DNA from: Patescibacteria group bacterium | Lineage (GTDB): Bacteria > Patescibacteriota > JAQUNI01 | Direction: 5' to 3' | DNA: 64,000 nt | Assembly: GCA_028717685.1 (NCBI GenBank) | Contig: JAQUNI010000001.1 | Span: 481,094-545,093 of the forward strand | Notes under the pieces: model-generated | What the model was told of the DNA's origin: nothing | Databases searched by the model: none | Seen by the model: the letters and a program-made list of their open reading frames with translations, nothing else | Made by a program: the position numbers and the translations under genes | Shown here: piece by piece, positions 18,039 to 29,129 of the stretch | How positions within the stretch are numbered: the first letter of the stretch is position 1 | Layout of the letters: every line of letters begins with the position of its first letter

Positions 18039-19964
18039 ATGAAAAAAAATTTAATCTTATTCTGCGCTCTAGTTGCTCTTTTTTGGGCTATCCCAGTAAT
18101 TCCAGACGCCAAAGCCGAGGATAAGCCAGCCGAATTAAATAATCAGCCGGCGGCTCAAATTTTCCCTAAATTGCCGACCACGCCCGATGACCCCCATTTG
18201 GATGACGCCAAGGTTTATCCGATGTGGGGACCGCTTTGCATGCGCTATACTTATTCCGTGGTTTATCAAGACGATAAAAACCGCGCGCCGGAATATATGA
18301 GGATGTATTTTAACGGCAAATGGCTTGACCTTGCAAAAGAAAACAAGAACGATTCTGATTACAAAAAGGGGGTAAAATATGTTTACAAGTTTGTGCCTAA
18401 TAAACTGGGCTCAAATTTCTATTTCTTTGAAGCTTCAAATGGCAAGGGCAAAGCGCGCGACGGGATTATTGATTCACCAGACAATGGGCCGGTTCTGTTT
18501 GAAACTGATTTTTCCCAAAATGAGATTGCCTTGATTGACCCGAAATCTGGCCAAAAATTATGGAGTTATCCCACCCACAAAGAATGGGTAAAAGGAGTAG
18601 CCCTTTCCGACGATGGCAAATATTTAGCGGCGACTACCACCAAACATATTTATTTCTTTGAAACGAGCAAGCAGAATCCGCTTTGGAGTTATCAGTATCA
18701 AGGCAGTTTTGATGTGGAAAACAATGATGTCAAAGGCGGCGTTGACGTTTCCGTCGATGGTTCCAAAATCTTTGCCCTGATTGGCAAATACGCTATTTTG
18801 TTTTCCAAAGATTCAAATCAACCAATCTGGCAGAAGGATGTCAAACAACAAGGCTACAACACGGCTATTTCGGCTGACGGGAAATATATGGCTGCGGGCA
18901 CGGCGGGGGATGAGAAAAATGTTGATACCAATTTATTAATATTATGGAGCGAAAAGAGCGCGACCCCCTTGTGGCAGTACCACGCCGCTGGCAACTTTCA
19001 TGATGTTTCTTTGTCTTTTGACGGCTCATATATTGCCGGAGCAACCGGCTGCCCCGACCGACGCGCCTATATTTTTTCCAAGGATTCAAACGAGCCAGTG
19101 ATGAGAAGCGATATGCTAGCCGAAGATTCTCCGGTCAACCGAGCTAAAATTTCAGCTGACGGGAAATACGTGGCTTACTCGGCTGAATATAACAAAGGTA
19201 TTGCCTTTTTGTTTAAAAATCCAAAATTTGGCGGCTCAAACCAGCCTGTCTGGAAACTTTTACCGCCCAGCCAACGTTCAGGCCGAGCTTTGGCAATGAC
19301 ACCGGATGCTAAAACCATCTTAGAAACAACTTTCGCGGGTGATGTTCTGACTCTTGGCCTTGCTTCAAATCAACCAACTGCTTATTGGAAGTATCCCAAT
19401 CCAATTGCCGCCGCCGATTTAAGCGACGATGGCAGGTTAATCGCTGTCGGCGGAACGGCGGAAAGAGTCTATCTCATTGACGGCGATTCCAAAAAACAAA
19501 CGGCGGAGGTTCAATTTTCAGAATATATCAGCGAAATTGATGTGGCAGGCGACGGCAAATATGTGGCGGCTGGCACTGGCGGCGCTAATTATTTTTTTGA
19601 ATCTTTTAGCCAAAATGAGAATAAAAAGGTTAGTTGCGATAAAGTTATTGAGCCGGAGCCGGAGATGGTCCAGGATCAAACCGATTCCAAGCTTTACGAC
19701 GGCGTTCAAGATGTTGATCAAAACTTGTCCGGCGGCAACGAGGTTAAACAATTTACGCAAAAAAATTGGCTCATTATTGTCTCAACCTTGGCTTGCTTAA
19801 TAATTTTGTTCTCAATAATTTTTGGCAAAACCAGAAAAAAATATTGGCTCATTATTATTATTTTGCTGATTATCGCTTTGGTATTGAGCTTAATTTTTTT
19901 CCGCAAACCTCCAAAATCTGATTTAGAAAAAACCGAACAGGGTACTCAATTAGAAAACCAATGA
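18039..19964 (+). CDS. Paralogous WD40/PQQ-like beta-propeller protein
   Basis: Colinear with the upstream gene (WGP.C.RYTYSV, IIDSPDNGPVLF, TGCPDRR). Confidence 0.8.
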   Translation: MKKNLILFCALVALFWAIPVIPDAKAEDKPAELNNQPAAQIFPKLPTTPDDPHLDDAKVYPMWGPLCMRYTYSVVYQDDKNRAPEYMRMYFNGKWLDLAKENKNDSDYKKGVKYVYKFVPNKLGSNFYFFEASNGKGKARDGIIDSPDNGPVLFETDFSQNEIALIDPKSGQKLWSYPTHKEWVKGVALSDDGKYLAATTTKHIYFFETSKQNPLWSYQYQGSFDVENNDVKGGVDVSVDGSKIFALIGKYAILFSKDSNQPIWQKDVKQQGYNTAISADGKYMAAGTAGDEKNVDTNLLILWSEKSATPLWQYHAAGNFHDVSLSFDGSYIAGATGCPDRRAYIFSKDSNEPVMRSDMLAEDSPVNRAKISADGKYVAYSAEYNKGIAFLFKNPKFGGSNQPVWKLLPPSQRSGRALAMTPDAKTILETTFAGDVLTLGLASNQPTAYWKYPNPIAAADLSDDGRLIAVGGTAERVYLIDGDSKKQTAEVQFSEYISEIDVAGDGKYVAAGTGGANYFFESFSQNENKKVSCDKVIEPEPEMVQDQTDSKLYDGVQDVDQNLSGGNEVKQFTQKNWLIIVSTLACLIILFSIIFGKTRKKYWLIIIILLIIALVLSLIFFRKPPKSDLEKTEQGTQLENQ

Positions 19965-20122
19965 TTGAAATGATGATATAGAGAAATAAATCTAAAATAT
20001 CATGGCGGCACTTGGGGGCAAAAAAATTAGGGCAAGAAGGCCATCAAATATAACAAAGAGGTGAGAAATGGTTAGTTTTGGATTATGAAAAAAAATTAAA
20101 AAAATTTAAATAGCAGAAACGC

Positions 20123-21607
20123 ATGGTCAAAAAATATATTTTAGAGGGGGTTATTTTCTTTTGCGGAGCAATCGGAATGATTTTAGAACTCACTGGATCA
20201 AGAATTTTAGCGCCATATTTTGGAACATCAATTTTAGTCTGGACAAATATAATCGGGCTAATCTTGGGCAGTTTAAGTTTGGGTTATTATTTGGGAGGAA
20301 GAATAGCGGACAAGCAGGCAAATTATAAGATTCTATCAATCATCATTCTAACAGCCGCGGGGTCTGTATTTTTAGCCGCGTTCAGCCATCAATATTTTTT
20401 ATATTCAATTTCAAGCCTAATTCATGATTTGAGGTTGGGTTCATTTATCGCTACCTTAATTTTATTTGCTCCGGCAAGCGTCGCCTTGGGCATGGTTTCA
20501 CCTTATGTGGTGAAACTGAAGATGCAGGATTTAAAAAATACAGGCAAGACCGTGGGGAATCTTTACGCTCTTTCCACGATTGGCAGTATCGCAGGCACAT
20601 TTTTAAGCGGATTTATCCTGATCGCGACACTAGGCAGCACAATAATTTTATTTATTTTGAGCGTTGCTTTAGTTTTAATCAGTTTAATTACCAATATCAG
20701 CTATTACAAAATTAAAACCGGATTGATCCTAATTTTACTAATTAGTATCGGAATATTTAATCAGATTAAACGCGAGAGGGAAAGCAGGGGATTTATTGAC
20801 ATAGACACGCAATATCAGAGAATTCAAATTTTTCAGGGAATTGACGCGAAGAATAACGAACCCGCGAGATATCTTAGAACCGACCCTTTATCAGTCCAAT
20901 CAGCAATGTATTTAAATAGCAATGATCTAGTTTTTGACTATACAAAATTTTATAATTTATTTAAATACTTTAATCCGGAAGCAAAGCAGACTTTAATGAT
21001 CGGAGGCGCGGGGTATTCTTATCCAAAATATTATTTAGAAAATTTCCCAAACCTGACGATGGATGTCGTGGAAATTGATCCAATGATGACTAAACTCGCG
21101 AAAAAATATTTTCGCCTGCAGGACAATCCAAGATTAAAAATTAACCATGAGGACGGAAGAGTATTTTTAAATCGAACCAAGAATAAATATGATGCTGTAT
21201 TGGGGGACGCTTTTAACGCCCACACACCGCCTTTTCAATTAACAACCAAAGAGGCGACGCAAAAAATTTATGATTTGCTGAATCCCGAGGGAGTGGCGAT
21301 AGTTAACCTTATTTCCTCTCTTTCCGGGGGAAAAAGCAAATTTCTAGAAGCGGAATACGCAACCTACAAGGCAGTATTTCCGCAAGTTTATTTATTTCCA
21401 GTAAACGGTCAAAATAATCTTGAACGAACGCAAAACATTATTTTAGTAGCGCTAAAAACAGGAAAAAATCCGCAACTCAATATTCAAAATCCGGAATTTG
21501 ACCAATATTTAAAAAATATTTACTATCTTCCAACAAATCAAAAACCATTACCAATTTTAACAGACGAAAAGGCGCCGGTGGAAAATTACACTTTGAATTT
21601 TTATTAA
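20123..21607 (+). CDS. Fused MFS-like membrane domain / spermidine synthase-like methyltransferase
   Basis: LEL.GSRILAPYFGTS, VG.LYA.STIGSI.G, IGGAGY, VEIDP, EDGR.FL, DAF, LTDEKAPVE. Confidence 0.85.
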   Translation: MVKKYILEGVIFFCGAIGMILELTGSRILAPYFGTSILVWTNIIGLILGSLSLGYYLGGRIADKQANYKILSIIILTAAGSVFLAAFSHQYFLYSISSLIHDLRLGSFIATLILFAPASVALGMVSPYVVKLKMQDLKNTGKTVGNLYALSTIGSIAGTFLSGFILIATLGSTIILFILSVALVLISLITNISYYKIKTGLILILLISIGIFNQIKRERESRGFIDIDTQYQRIQIFQGIDAKNNEPARYLRTDPLSVQSAMYLNSNDLVFDYTKFYNLFKYFNPEAKQTLMIGGAGYSYPKYYLENFPNLTMDVVEIDPMMTKLAKKYFRLQDNPRLKINHEDGRVFLNRTKNKYDAVLGDAFNAHTPPFQLTTKEATQKIYDLLNPEGVAIVNLISSLSGGKSKFLEAEYATYKAVFPQVYLFPVNGQNNLERTQNIILVALKTGKNPQLNIQNPEFDQYLKNIYYLPTNQKPLPILTDEKAPVENYTLNFY

Positions 21608-21758
21608 TCAATTGGAATTCATTGAAAAATAGGCGGTTTAAAAAGCTTTGGGAAATCCATGGCTTTAACTAGCGCATAAACCTTGCATCAAGGGGGTTTT
21701 TAGATTATGATGAAGGTGTTTTTAAAAGGAGGGAATTTTGAAAATTTAATTTATTTTT

Positions 21759-22634
21759 ATGCCTAAAATCACCAAAGCGATTATTACCGCCGCGGGCTAC
21801 GGCACCCGCTTTTTGCCCGCGACAAAGGTCCAGCCAAAAGAAATGCTGCCTATCATTGATAAACCCATTATCCAATATCTCGTTGAAGAAGCGGTAGCGT
21901 CGGGAATTAAAGATGTCATTATTGTCACCCGCGCGGGTTTGCATTCTTTAGAAGATCATTTTGATTCCGCTTTTGAGATTGAACACCAACTAGAAGCTAA
22001 CGGTAAAAAGGATATTTTAGAAAAACTGAAACAGCTGACCCGAATGGCTAATTTTGTTTACATCCGCCAAACCAAAGACCTGCCCTATGGCAATGGTTCG
22101 CCACTTTTAGCCGCTCAACACTTAATTGGCAAAAATGAAGCTTTTGTTTATATGTTCGGCGACGATCTGGTAAAGTCAAAGGTGCCGGCAACAAAACAAC
22201 TCATTCAAACCTTTAACAAAACCAAACCCAAAGCCGTGATCGGCGTGCAAGAAATACCCCAGGAAGAAACCAACCGCTACGGCATTGTTAAATACAAAAA
22301 AGACACTAAAATTAACCAGATCGTGAAGCTGGTGGAAAAACCTGCCGCGAGCGAAGCGCCGTCCAATATGGCTGTGTTCGGCCGCTACATTTTAACCGAT
22401 AAAATCATCAAAATTTTAGAAAATCTCCCTCTAGGGAAAGATAATGAGCTGTGGCTTGCCGACGCTCTTAACAAATTAGCCCAGACTGAAAGAGTAGTAG
22501 CCACGCCTATTAACGGCAAATGGTTAACCACAGGCGATCCTTTACGCTATATGAAAGCTATGGTAGAATTTGCCTTAGAGAGGAAAGATATTGGGCCGGA
22601 TTTTACGGAGTACTTAAAGGGACTCAAATTGTAA
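21759..22634 (+). CDS. galU: UTP--glucose-1-phosphate uridylyltransferase
   Basis: AAGYGTRFLPATK.QPKEMLPIIDKP, VEKP. Confidence 0.9.
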   Translation: MPKITKAIITAAGYGTRFLPATKVQPKEMLPIIDKPIIQYLVEEAVASGIKDVIIVTRAGLHSLEDHFDSAFEIEHQLEANGKKDILEKLKQLTRMANFVYIRQTKDLPYGNGSPLLAAQHLIGKNEAFVYMFGDDLVKSKVPATKQLIQTFNKTKPKAVIGVQEIPQEETNRYGIVKYKKDTKINQIVKLVEKPAASEAPSNMAVFGRYILTDKIIKILENLPLGKDNELWLADALNKLAQTERVVATPINGKWLTTGDPLRYMKAMVEFALERKDIGPDFTEYLKGLKL

Positions 22635-22747
22635 TTCTAACCATAAAACATTGTTCAATTGTTCCATTGCTCAATTGTTGGTTTTTAATAATGGAATAAT
22701 AGAACAATCGAGCAATGATGACTTTAGAAGTGTGAATCGCATCTAAA

Positions 22748-24082
22748 ATGAAAATAAAAAAAATCCTTATTATTCTCTTGGTTCCCGTCCTCCTCGCTAC
22801 GGTCGGTTTTGGCTGTAAAAGATCCTGCGCGCCAGGGCAACCCGGCGGAACCACTAAGAAACAGCCCGTTGAGCTTACTTTTTGGGGAATCTTTACCGAG
22901 AGCGGTCAGATTGAACCTGTGATTAAGGCTTTTGAAGCACAAAATCCCAATATTAAAATCAATTACAAAAATTTCGGCAATGATTACCCTAATTACCGCA
23001 CCGAAATTTTTAACGCCCTTGCTCAAGGCAGGGGACCTGATATTTGGATGGTGCACCATACTTGGATTCAAAGGGATAAAGATTTCCTGACCCCTTGCCC
23101 TCCGGAATTATGCAATGTCCAAAACTTTAAAGAGACAATGGTAAAAGCGGTCGTAGACGACAGCATTATTGACGGTTCTATCTATGCTATGCCTTGGAGT
23201 CTAGACACCTTAGCGCTTTTTTATAACAAAGATTTATTTAACCAGGCGCATATCTTAAACCCTCCGCGAACTTGGGAAGAATTTACAGAGGACGTGAAAA
23301 AACTCACCAAGCAAAATGAAAAGGGGCAAATCATACAAGCGGGGGCGGCTCTCGGCACAGGACAAAATATCAATCGCGCCCCTGATATCCTTGCTCTTCT
23401 GATGATGCAAAATGGCGCTCAAATGACAGACATAAACCGCGGCACAGTAACCTTTAACACCTCTGGCGCTCCCAGCGCGCCCTCCCCAAACGGCAGCCAG
23501 CAGCAGGAAACCTTGCCCGGCGAGGAAGCTTTTCAATTCTATACTGATTTTGCCTCGCCCAAAAAAGAAACCTACACTTGGAACTCTCTGCAACATTATT
23601 CCATTGACGCTTTCGTAGAAGGCTCTTTGGCGATGATGTTTTCTTACTCCTATCATGTGCCCACGATTCAATTAAAAGCGCCTAATCTGGACTTCGGGGT
23701 GGCTTTATTGCCGCAGGTGTCTGGAGGACGCGAGGTAAATTTCGCGAATTACTGGACAAATGTGGTCGCCACAAGGACTCCTTACAAAAAAGAGGCTTGG
23801 TCTTTCTTGGTTTTTGCCGCTCAAAAAGAAATAATGCAGAAGTTTTGCGAAGACAGCCGCCGCCCTCCGAGCCGGCGCGACCTTTACCAAATGTTTGACA
23901 ACGACCCGGAATTGCAACCTTTTACCAACCAAATTTTAACCGCGGAATCCTGGTATCGCTCGGATAACGACAAGACCGATGCAATCTTTGAAGAAATGAT
24001 TGAAGATGTGGTTTTAGGCAAAAAGAATATCCCCGAAGCGATGACGGAAGCCGCGGCAGAGATGCAGACGATGATGAAGTGA
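22748..24082 (+). CDS. Extracellular solute-binding lipoprotein (sugar-type SBP), no permease nearby
   Basis: Lipobox GFGC, GRGPDI, YAMPWSLDTLALFYNKDLF, PPRTWEEF. Confidence 0.85.
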   Translation: MKIKKILIILLVPVLLATVGFGCKRSCAPGQPGGTTKKQPVELTFWGIFTESGQIEPVIKAFEAQNPNIKINYKNFGNDYPNYRTEIFNALAQGRGPDIWMVHHTWIQRDKDFLTPCPPELCNVQNFKETMVKAVVDDSIIDGSIYAMPWSLDTLALFYNKDLFNQAHILNPPRTWEEFTEDVKKLTKQNEKGQIIQAGAALGTGQNINRAPDILALLMMQNGAQMTDINRGTVTFNTSGAPSAPSPNGSQQQETLPGEEAFQFYTDFASPKKETYTWNSLQHYSIDAFVEGSLAMMFSYSYHVPTIQLKAPNLDFGVALLPQVSGGREVNFANYWTNVVATRTPYKKEAWSFLVFAAQKEIMQKFCEDSRRPPSRRDLYQMFDNDPELQPFTNQILTAESWYRSDNDKTDAIFEEMIEDVVLGKKNIPEAMTEAAAEMQTMMK

Positions 24083-24236
24083 AATTTCTAATTGACCTAA
24101 TTGTTCTAAGTATTCTAAATAATGACCAAATCCTAATAACTAATGACCAAAAATTTCAGAAACCAGTTTAGAAATTTCTTATTAGGTATTGGAATTTATT
24201 TAGGTCAATTAGAATAATTAGAAATTCACAGAGAAC

Positions 24237-24632
24237 ATGTTCAAATTCAAATTATTCTCCACTATAATCCTTGCCCTACTCGGAATATCTTTAGTCTTAA
24301 ACCTAGCCCACGCGGCTTTAGTGCCTTGCGGCGGCACGGGTCAACCGGAGTGCAATCTTTGCCATTTTTTTGTCTTAATCCAAACTATCTTTAAATATCT
24401 GCTGGGATTTCTGGGAATCGTGGCGCTGCTCATCTTTGTCATCATCGGCTTTATGTTTTTATTCGGTTCCACCAATGAAGGTCTGCTCACTACCGGCAAA
24501 AAGGCTCTGACCTCCGCGATAATCGGTCTTGTCCTGGTGCTCGTCGCTTGGCTTATAATCAACACTGTGGGCTACGCCATAGGTTGGGCGCAAAAAGGCA
24601 GCTGGTGGACATTTAATTGCGTATCAGAATAA
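24237..24632 (+). CDS. TrbC/VirB2-like (T4SS-type) pilin
   Basis: Signal peptide, LVPCG...C.LC, two TM helices linked by GKKALTSAIIG. Confidence 0.8.
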   Translation: MFKFKLFSTIILALLGISLVLNLAHAALVPCGGTGQPECNLCHFFVLIQTIFKYLLGFLGIVALLIFVIIGFMFLFGSTNEGLLTTGKKALTSAIIGLVLVLVAWLIINTVGYAIGWAQKGSWWTFNCVSE

Positions 24633-24687
24633 ACCCTATTAGAAAACTTTGCTTCTAACGGGGTAAAAACATTTTTATAATTTCAAA

Positions 24688-24740
24688 GGATGTCACTCGC
24701 GAGCCACGTCGTTCGCGAACGACGTGGCGAGTGATATCCT
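24688..24740. repeat. Nested palindrome GGATGTC...GTTCGCGAAC...GATATCC
   Basis: The single-unit form GGATGTCGTTCGCGAACGACATCC lies before dnaA (about 41548-41571). Confidence 0.7.
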
Positions 24741-24746
24741 AAAAAA

Positions 24747-27700
24747 ATGAACACAAAATCTATTTTCAAACTTCTATTTCTTTGTTCTGTAATCTTTATA
24801 CTCGGATTTTCTATCGCACATTCTGCTTTAGCGACTGAACCGATTAATGTTAGTTTGGAAAACCCTATCGGAACAGACACGGTCACAGGGCTCATTAATA
24901 AAATCACGGGCTGGGTTTTAGGCATCGCGGGTTCCATTATGATGATTGTTTTGATTTTCGCGGGTTTTCGCTATTTAACCGCCGGAGCTAATGAAGACAG
25001 AGCCAAAAGCGCCAAAAAAATGCTGACGTGGGCGATTATTGGCATCGCGATAATCGTCGGCGCGGCTGCGATTACCAACGCGGTAATGGACGCGCTGGGC
25101 GTACCTGAAACTACTACCGGCGGGGGAGGGGGTACGGCAAACGTGGCGGCAGCTTTGGACACAATAGAATTGGCTCCGGAGGGCGATCTCAATGGAGATG
25201 GAGAAATCAACGCCGGAGATACGATAAATGTTGTTGCTAATTTAACTAATAATAGTGATCAAGATATTACTCTGAATAATGTCCGCCTCATTGCGGTTGC
25301 GGCTGGCTCTGCAACGGGAATGAATAATCTTGAGCAAGGGGACAAAAAAAAAGTAGCGGGGGCAAGCACATTGATCGCTGACGAACAAGAAATTCTTAAA
25401 TGCGGCTACAGGGAATACTGGATTATTAGAGAATTTGGCCCGATTACCGTTAAAGCGCGGGAAACCGTCGGCTTGCACTCGGAATGGACAGTTCTCAATA
25501 TTCCGGATAATATTTTAATCCAATTAGAAACATCAGACGCAACCCAGCAACAAGCCTGTGAACTTTTAGGCAGGGTGCCGATAGATGGAGGCGAGAGCGG
25601 AACTAGCGGCTTATTAAGTTATGTAAGCCACACGGTGAAGAGAAGCAGTATCGAAAATGAGAGCGCGGAGCCTAAAGTCGCGCCCGGGGCAGAAGTCACA
25701 ATGGAGGTCTGCCTGAAGAATACAGGCGGCGAAGAAATCGATGACGCGAATGTAAATCTTTCCCCGCAAGAGGATGGGGTTAGTGTCTTAAATAACCCGC
25801 GTAGGTACGCGGGGGTAGATCCCGAGGAAGTAGCATGCAAAGACTACGACTTTTCAATCGCGGCAGATTATAAACCAACATCAATCAATTTTAAAATCCA
25901 AGACGCAACGTCAGATGACAAAGTCAGCGAATCTAATATTAAGGTGGATTTAGGCACGGGAGGAGAAGGAGGAATAGAGGAAGGCACATGCAACAGCAGC
26001 AGCGGTTGTGTGACTTTCCAGGAATACACCATTCAGGATAGCTCTATTGGCGGATCAAGGCCAAACGCTAAGGTTGTTCCCGGAGCGACTGTTATGATGC
26101 GTGTTTATTTAGAAAATCAAACCAGCACAGACTTTGGGGACACTATACAGGCAACTCTCACCACCAGCGATAGTGGCGTTACTGTCACGAATAATCCGGG
26201 GAAATATAGCGGAATGCATATTAACAAACACGAATATTACGGATACACATTTTCCATTCCGGGAAGTTACACTAAAAATTCCATAAATTTTACGATCCAA
26301 GGAAGCAAAGTAACCTCAACAAATTTTACTGTGCCGATAGACACAAGTTTTAAACAGAATTTAACCGCCCTCTACTTCGGATCCGGAATAGGCAACACAC
26401 TAGTGGTTAAGGGTACCATCCTGCATCCCACTTTTTCCATTAAGAATACCGGCGCGATGGCTCTTGCCGCGAATCAAGATTTTAATGTTGAATTATACGC
26501 CTGCTATAGCAAAGACGCAGATGCCTGCGCTGGATTAACCAGCAAGCCAGAATATAAATTCTATTCTGGCAGTGCGAAAGAGATGTCCGGCGGGTGGACA
26601 AGCATACCGTCAGGAGGATACGTGGCGGTGAAATATCCCTTAGATTTCGAAGTCAAAGAACAGAAAAATCTTTATCTCGGCATTAAAATAGACACGGGCA
26701 ACAGCATTAATGAAAGCAACGAGAATGATAATACGGGCGGACCATACGAAGTTCAGATCGCTAGCTGGAACGCGGAGGTCAAAGAATTGACTTTAGACGA
26801 TGATCCGACCCAAGGGACTAAAATTACTTATCTCGATCCTCCAGCAAATACCAAAATAGTTTATCGCGGTTCATTTAAAATCACGAACACAGGAACGGGC
26901 AACACTAATCTGGGTTCAACGGATTTTTATTACAAAATTGACCTTATTGACGGACCTTGCGCGGAATCCACTCCAGGATTATATAATAGCCAGGAGCAAC
27001 AATTAACGGGCTATCTTCTTCCCGGCAACTCTGTGACTAAAAATTTAGAAATTGATACGAGGCAGAATTATCCGTTCACTTGGCAGACTGGAAAATCTTA
27101 CAGAGTAAGGATTATATTGAAGGATCACAGTACACTTGAACAAATACCCAATAAAGTGGTTTGCGCCGCGCCTTTCACCTACGGCGGGGAGCCTACCCTT
27201 ACTTATAACGCCAAGGTTCTAAACGCGAGCCTTACCACAACGGGGGTCACTAACTATCTCTATGTGTATGGCAAGGTAAAAAATGACAGCACAAAAAAAG
27301 CGGATGTTAGCTACGGCTGGAGCATTAATAAAAATAGCAGCGGCGCGACGGATAACTTTGGCTGTTTACAAAATGCTTCTACTTATAATTCAGGCGAAAC
27401 TATGAACGCGGGATCAATGCCCGCGGACAGTGAAGTTACAATAACCAGCGGACACATCGACAAGCCTGCTGAAAATGGATATTACCAAACAGTAGTTACG
27501 GCAAATGTTCCCGGGGATACAGATGCAACAGATAATAAAAAATGCTCTACTCCTCTTAAAATAGAAAGTGGCGGAACAAAACCGCCACCTATAGAGCCTG
27601 CTATATCTTACGACCTGGAAGCAAGTAAGGCGGTATTGAGTTATGATCCTGCCGCTAACCGATTTAAAACCACTATCTGCGTCAAAAATCACAGCACTAA

Positions 27701-28466
27701 AAATGGTGAAGCTTATAGCGGTTTTATAGGATATTACTCATGGTCTTTAAGAAGAGATGGCATCGAATCTGTGGAGGCTTCAATGAGCGGTTTCACGGCC
27801 GGATCAGGCGAAGAACAATGTTTTGATGCTAACCCATACCGAACAGAGCTTGGCGAGTATCGGTTTTCTTTAATTACCAGCGTGGGCAACCAAAATATAG
27901 ATGTTAAGCCCGGCAATGATTCAATATGGTCCAATACAGTAACAATTTCCGAAACTCCCCCCGTACTGCCCCCATCCGCTCCAGCTGACTACAAGACAGA
28001 AATCTCTACTTACGGTATGACCGCTAATCCGCCGGATAATCCCGGGACTTATAATTACCGCATTACCTACGAAAACAAAAGCACCCAAGATGGTCAACCG
28101 ATCAGGGCAAATGTGAGTTGGGGCGTTAAGATGTTGCGCAACGACTCTTTGCCAACGGGCTGCCCGGCAAGCGGCGGATCTACGGTATTCTCATATAATA
28201 CAGTCATCGATGCTCAGAACGGCATTTTCGTGGATATGTATGGCGATAGTTATAAACCGAGCCAAGAAGGATATTACCATTTAGAGGCTTGGGCTGGGGT
28301 TAGCGGTTACGAAGACAGTAAAAGTTATAAATGCACTAGCACGGTGCATCACGTTCCCGCCACTTCCGCAAGTTTAGACCTCTCCAGCGCCAATGCCTTT
28401 GCGCTGCCGCTTTTAGACGAGCAAATCAAAAATTTCTGGCAAAAATTGCAGGAGGTGATAGAATAA
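24747..28466 (+). CDS. Giant pilin-domain fusion with multiple Ig-like/CARDB-like domains
   Basis: N-terminal LENPIG ... AG.RYLTAG.NE.....AKK.L.WAIIG pilin core, DLNGDGEINAGD, duplicated beta-sandwich repeat, IDTGNSINESNENDN. Confidence 0.8.
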   Translation: MNTKSIFKLLFLCSVIFILGFSIAHSALATEPINVSLENPIGTDTVTGLINKITGWVLGIAGSIMMIVLIFAGFRYLTAGANEDRAKSAKKMLTWAIIGIAIIVGAAAITNAVMDALGVPETTTGGGGGTANVAAALDTIELAPEGDLNGDGEINAGDTINVVANLTNNSDQDITLNNVRLIAVAAGSATGMNNLEQGDKKKVAGASTLIADEQEILKCGYREYWIIREFGPITVKARETVGLHSEWTVLNIPDNILIQLETSDATQQQACELLGRVPIDGGESGTSGLLSYVSHTVKRSSIENESAEPKVAPGAEVTMEVCLKNTGGEEIDDANVNLSPQEDGVSVLNNPRRYAGVDPEEVACKDYDFSIAADYKPTSINFKIQDATSDDKVSESNIKVDLGTGGEGGIEEGTCNSSSGCVTFQEYTIQDSSIGGSRPNAKVVPGATVMMRVYLENQTSTDFGDTIQATLTTSDSGVTVTNNPGKYSGMHINKHEYYGYTFSIPGSYTKNSINFTIQGSKVTSTNFTVPIDTSFKQNLTALYFGSGIGNTLVVKGTILHPTFSIKNTGAMALAANQDFNVELYACYSKDADACAGLTSKPEYKFYSGSAKEMSGGWTSIPSGGYVAVKYPLDFEVKEQKNLYLGIKIDTGNSINESNENDNTGGPYEVQIASWNAEVKELTLDDDPTQGTKITYLDPPANTKIVYRGSFKITNTGTGNTNLGSTDFYYKIDLIDGPCAESTPGLYNSQEQQLTGYLLPGNSVTKNLEIDTRQNYPFTWQTGKSYRVRIILKDHSTLEQIPNKVVCAAPFTYGGEPTLTYNAKVLNASLTTTGVTNYLYVYGKVKNDSTKKADVSYGWSINKNSSGATDNFGCLQNASTYNSGETMNAGSMPADSEVTITSGHIDKPAENGYYQTVVTANVPGDTDATDNKKCSTPLKIESGGTKPPPIEPAISYDLEASKAVLSYDPAANRFKTTICVKNHSTKNGEAYSGFIGYYSWSLRRDGIESVEASMSGFTAGSGEEQCFDANPYRTELGEYRFSLITSVGNQNIDVKPGNDSIWSNTVTISETPPVLPPSAPADYKTEISTYGMTANPPDNPGTYNYRITYENKSTQDGQPIRANVSWGVKMLRNDSLPTGCPASGGSTVFSYNTVIDAQNGIFVDMYGDSYKPSQEGYYHLEAWAGVSGYEDSKSYKCTSTVHHVPATSASLDLSSANAFALPLLDEQIKNFWQKLQEVIE

Positions 28467-28536
28467 AATCACAACGCGAGCGATAGGGCGCCGCGAGCGG
28501 CTAAAAAACACAAGATCAAAATCAAATAAAAAACCA

Positions 28537-29070
28537 ATGAAAAAATCCAAATATCCGCAAATTTTCTGCTTGAGCATCTTCCTGCTCCTCTTTGGTTTTT
28601 CTGTTTTCACCGCAACGGCGCAAGATGAACCTACTGGATTACAACGCCCTGACGCCGCGGCGGCTGGACTGCCCGCGGGTGACTTCAAGGCTTTGATTAA
28701 CGGCATTGTAAAATGGGTGCTTTGGATCGCAGCGCCAGCTTGTTTAGTCGCTCTTGTTTACGGCGGGATGCGTTATGCCTTTGCCGGAGGAAGTGAAGAG
28801 AAGGCTGAAAATGCGAAGAAGATAATGAAATACGCAGTCATTGGCGTCGCGATCATCATCGCGGCTTACGCTATTGTCGGCTTAATCACCGCGCTTATTT
28901 CCGGCGAAGTGCCGGCAACGCCAGAAGTCAACGGAAGTAATGCCACTCCGAAACGATTTGCTGGCGGTTGCCCAAGTCTGGGACAAGGGGCTCGCTGTGT
29001 CAATGCTGACAATGTACAAAGTCTATGTAATTGTGAGACCACTGATCCTAATAGCTGTTACTGTCCTTGA
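28537..29070 (+). CDS. TrbC/VirB2-like pilin with Cys-rich C-terminal tail
   Basis: YGG.RY..AGG.EEK...AK....YA.IG core. Confidence 0.8.
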   Translation: MKKSKYPQIFCLSIFLLLFGFSVFTATAQDEPTGLQRPDAAAAGLPAGDFKALINGIVKWVLWIAAPACLVALVYGGMRYAFAGGSEEKAENAKKIMKYAVIGVAIIIAAYAIVGLITALISGEVPATPEVNGSNATPKRFAGGCPSLGQGARCVNADNVQSLCNCETTDPNSCYCP

Positions 29071-29129
29071 TAACATTTTTATATTTCTCCACAAAATAAA
29101 ATCAATAAAATTGAAGGGAGGTGAAATAA

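Noticed and set aside
12469-21700. Prophage or integrase-driven island at tRNA-Ser
   Set aside because: No integrase, phage genes or tRNA 3' direct repeat were found; only cassette-like features are supported.
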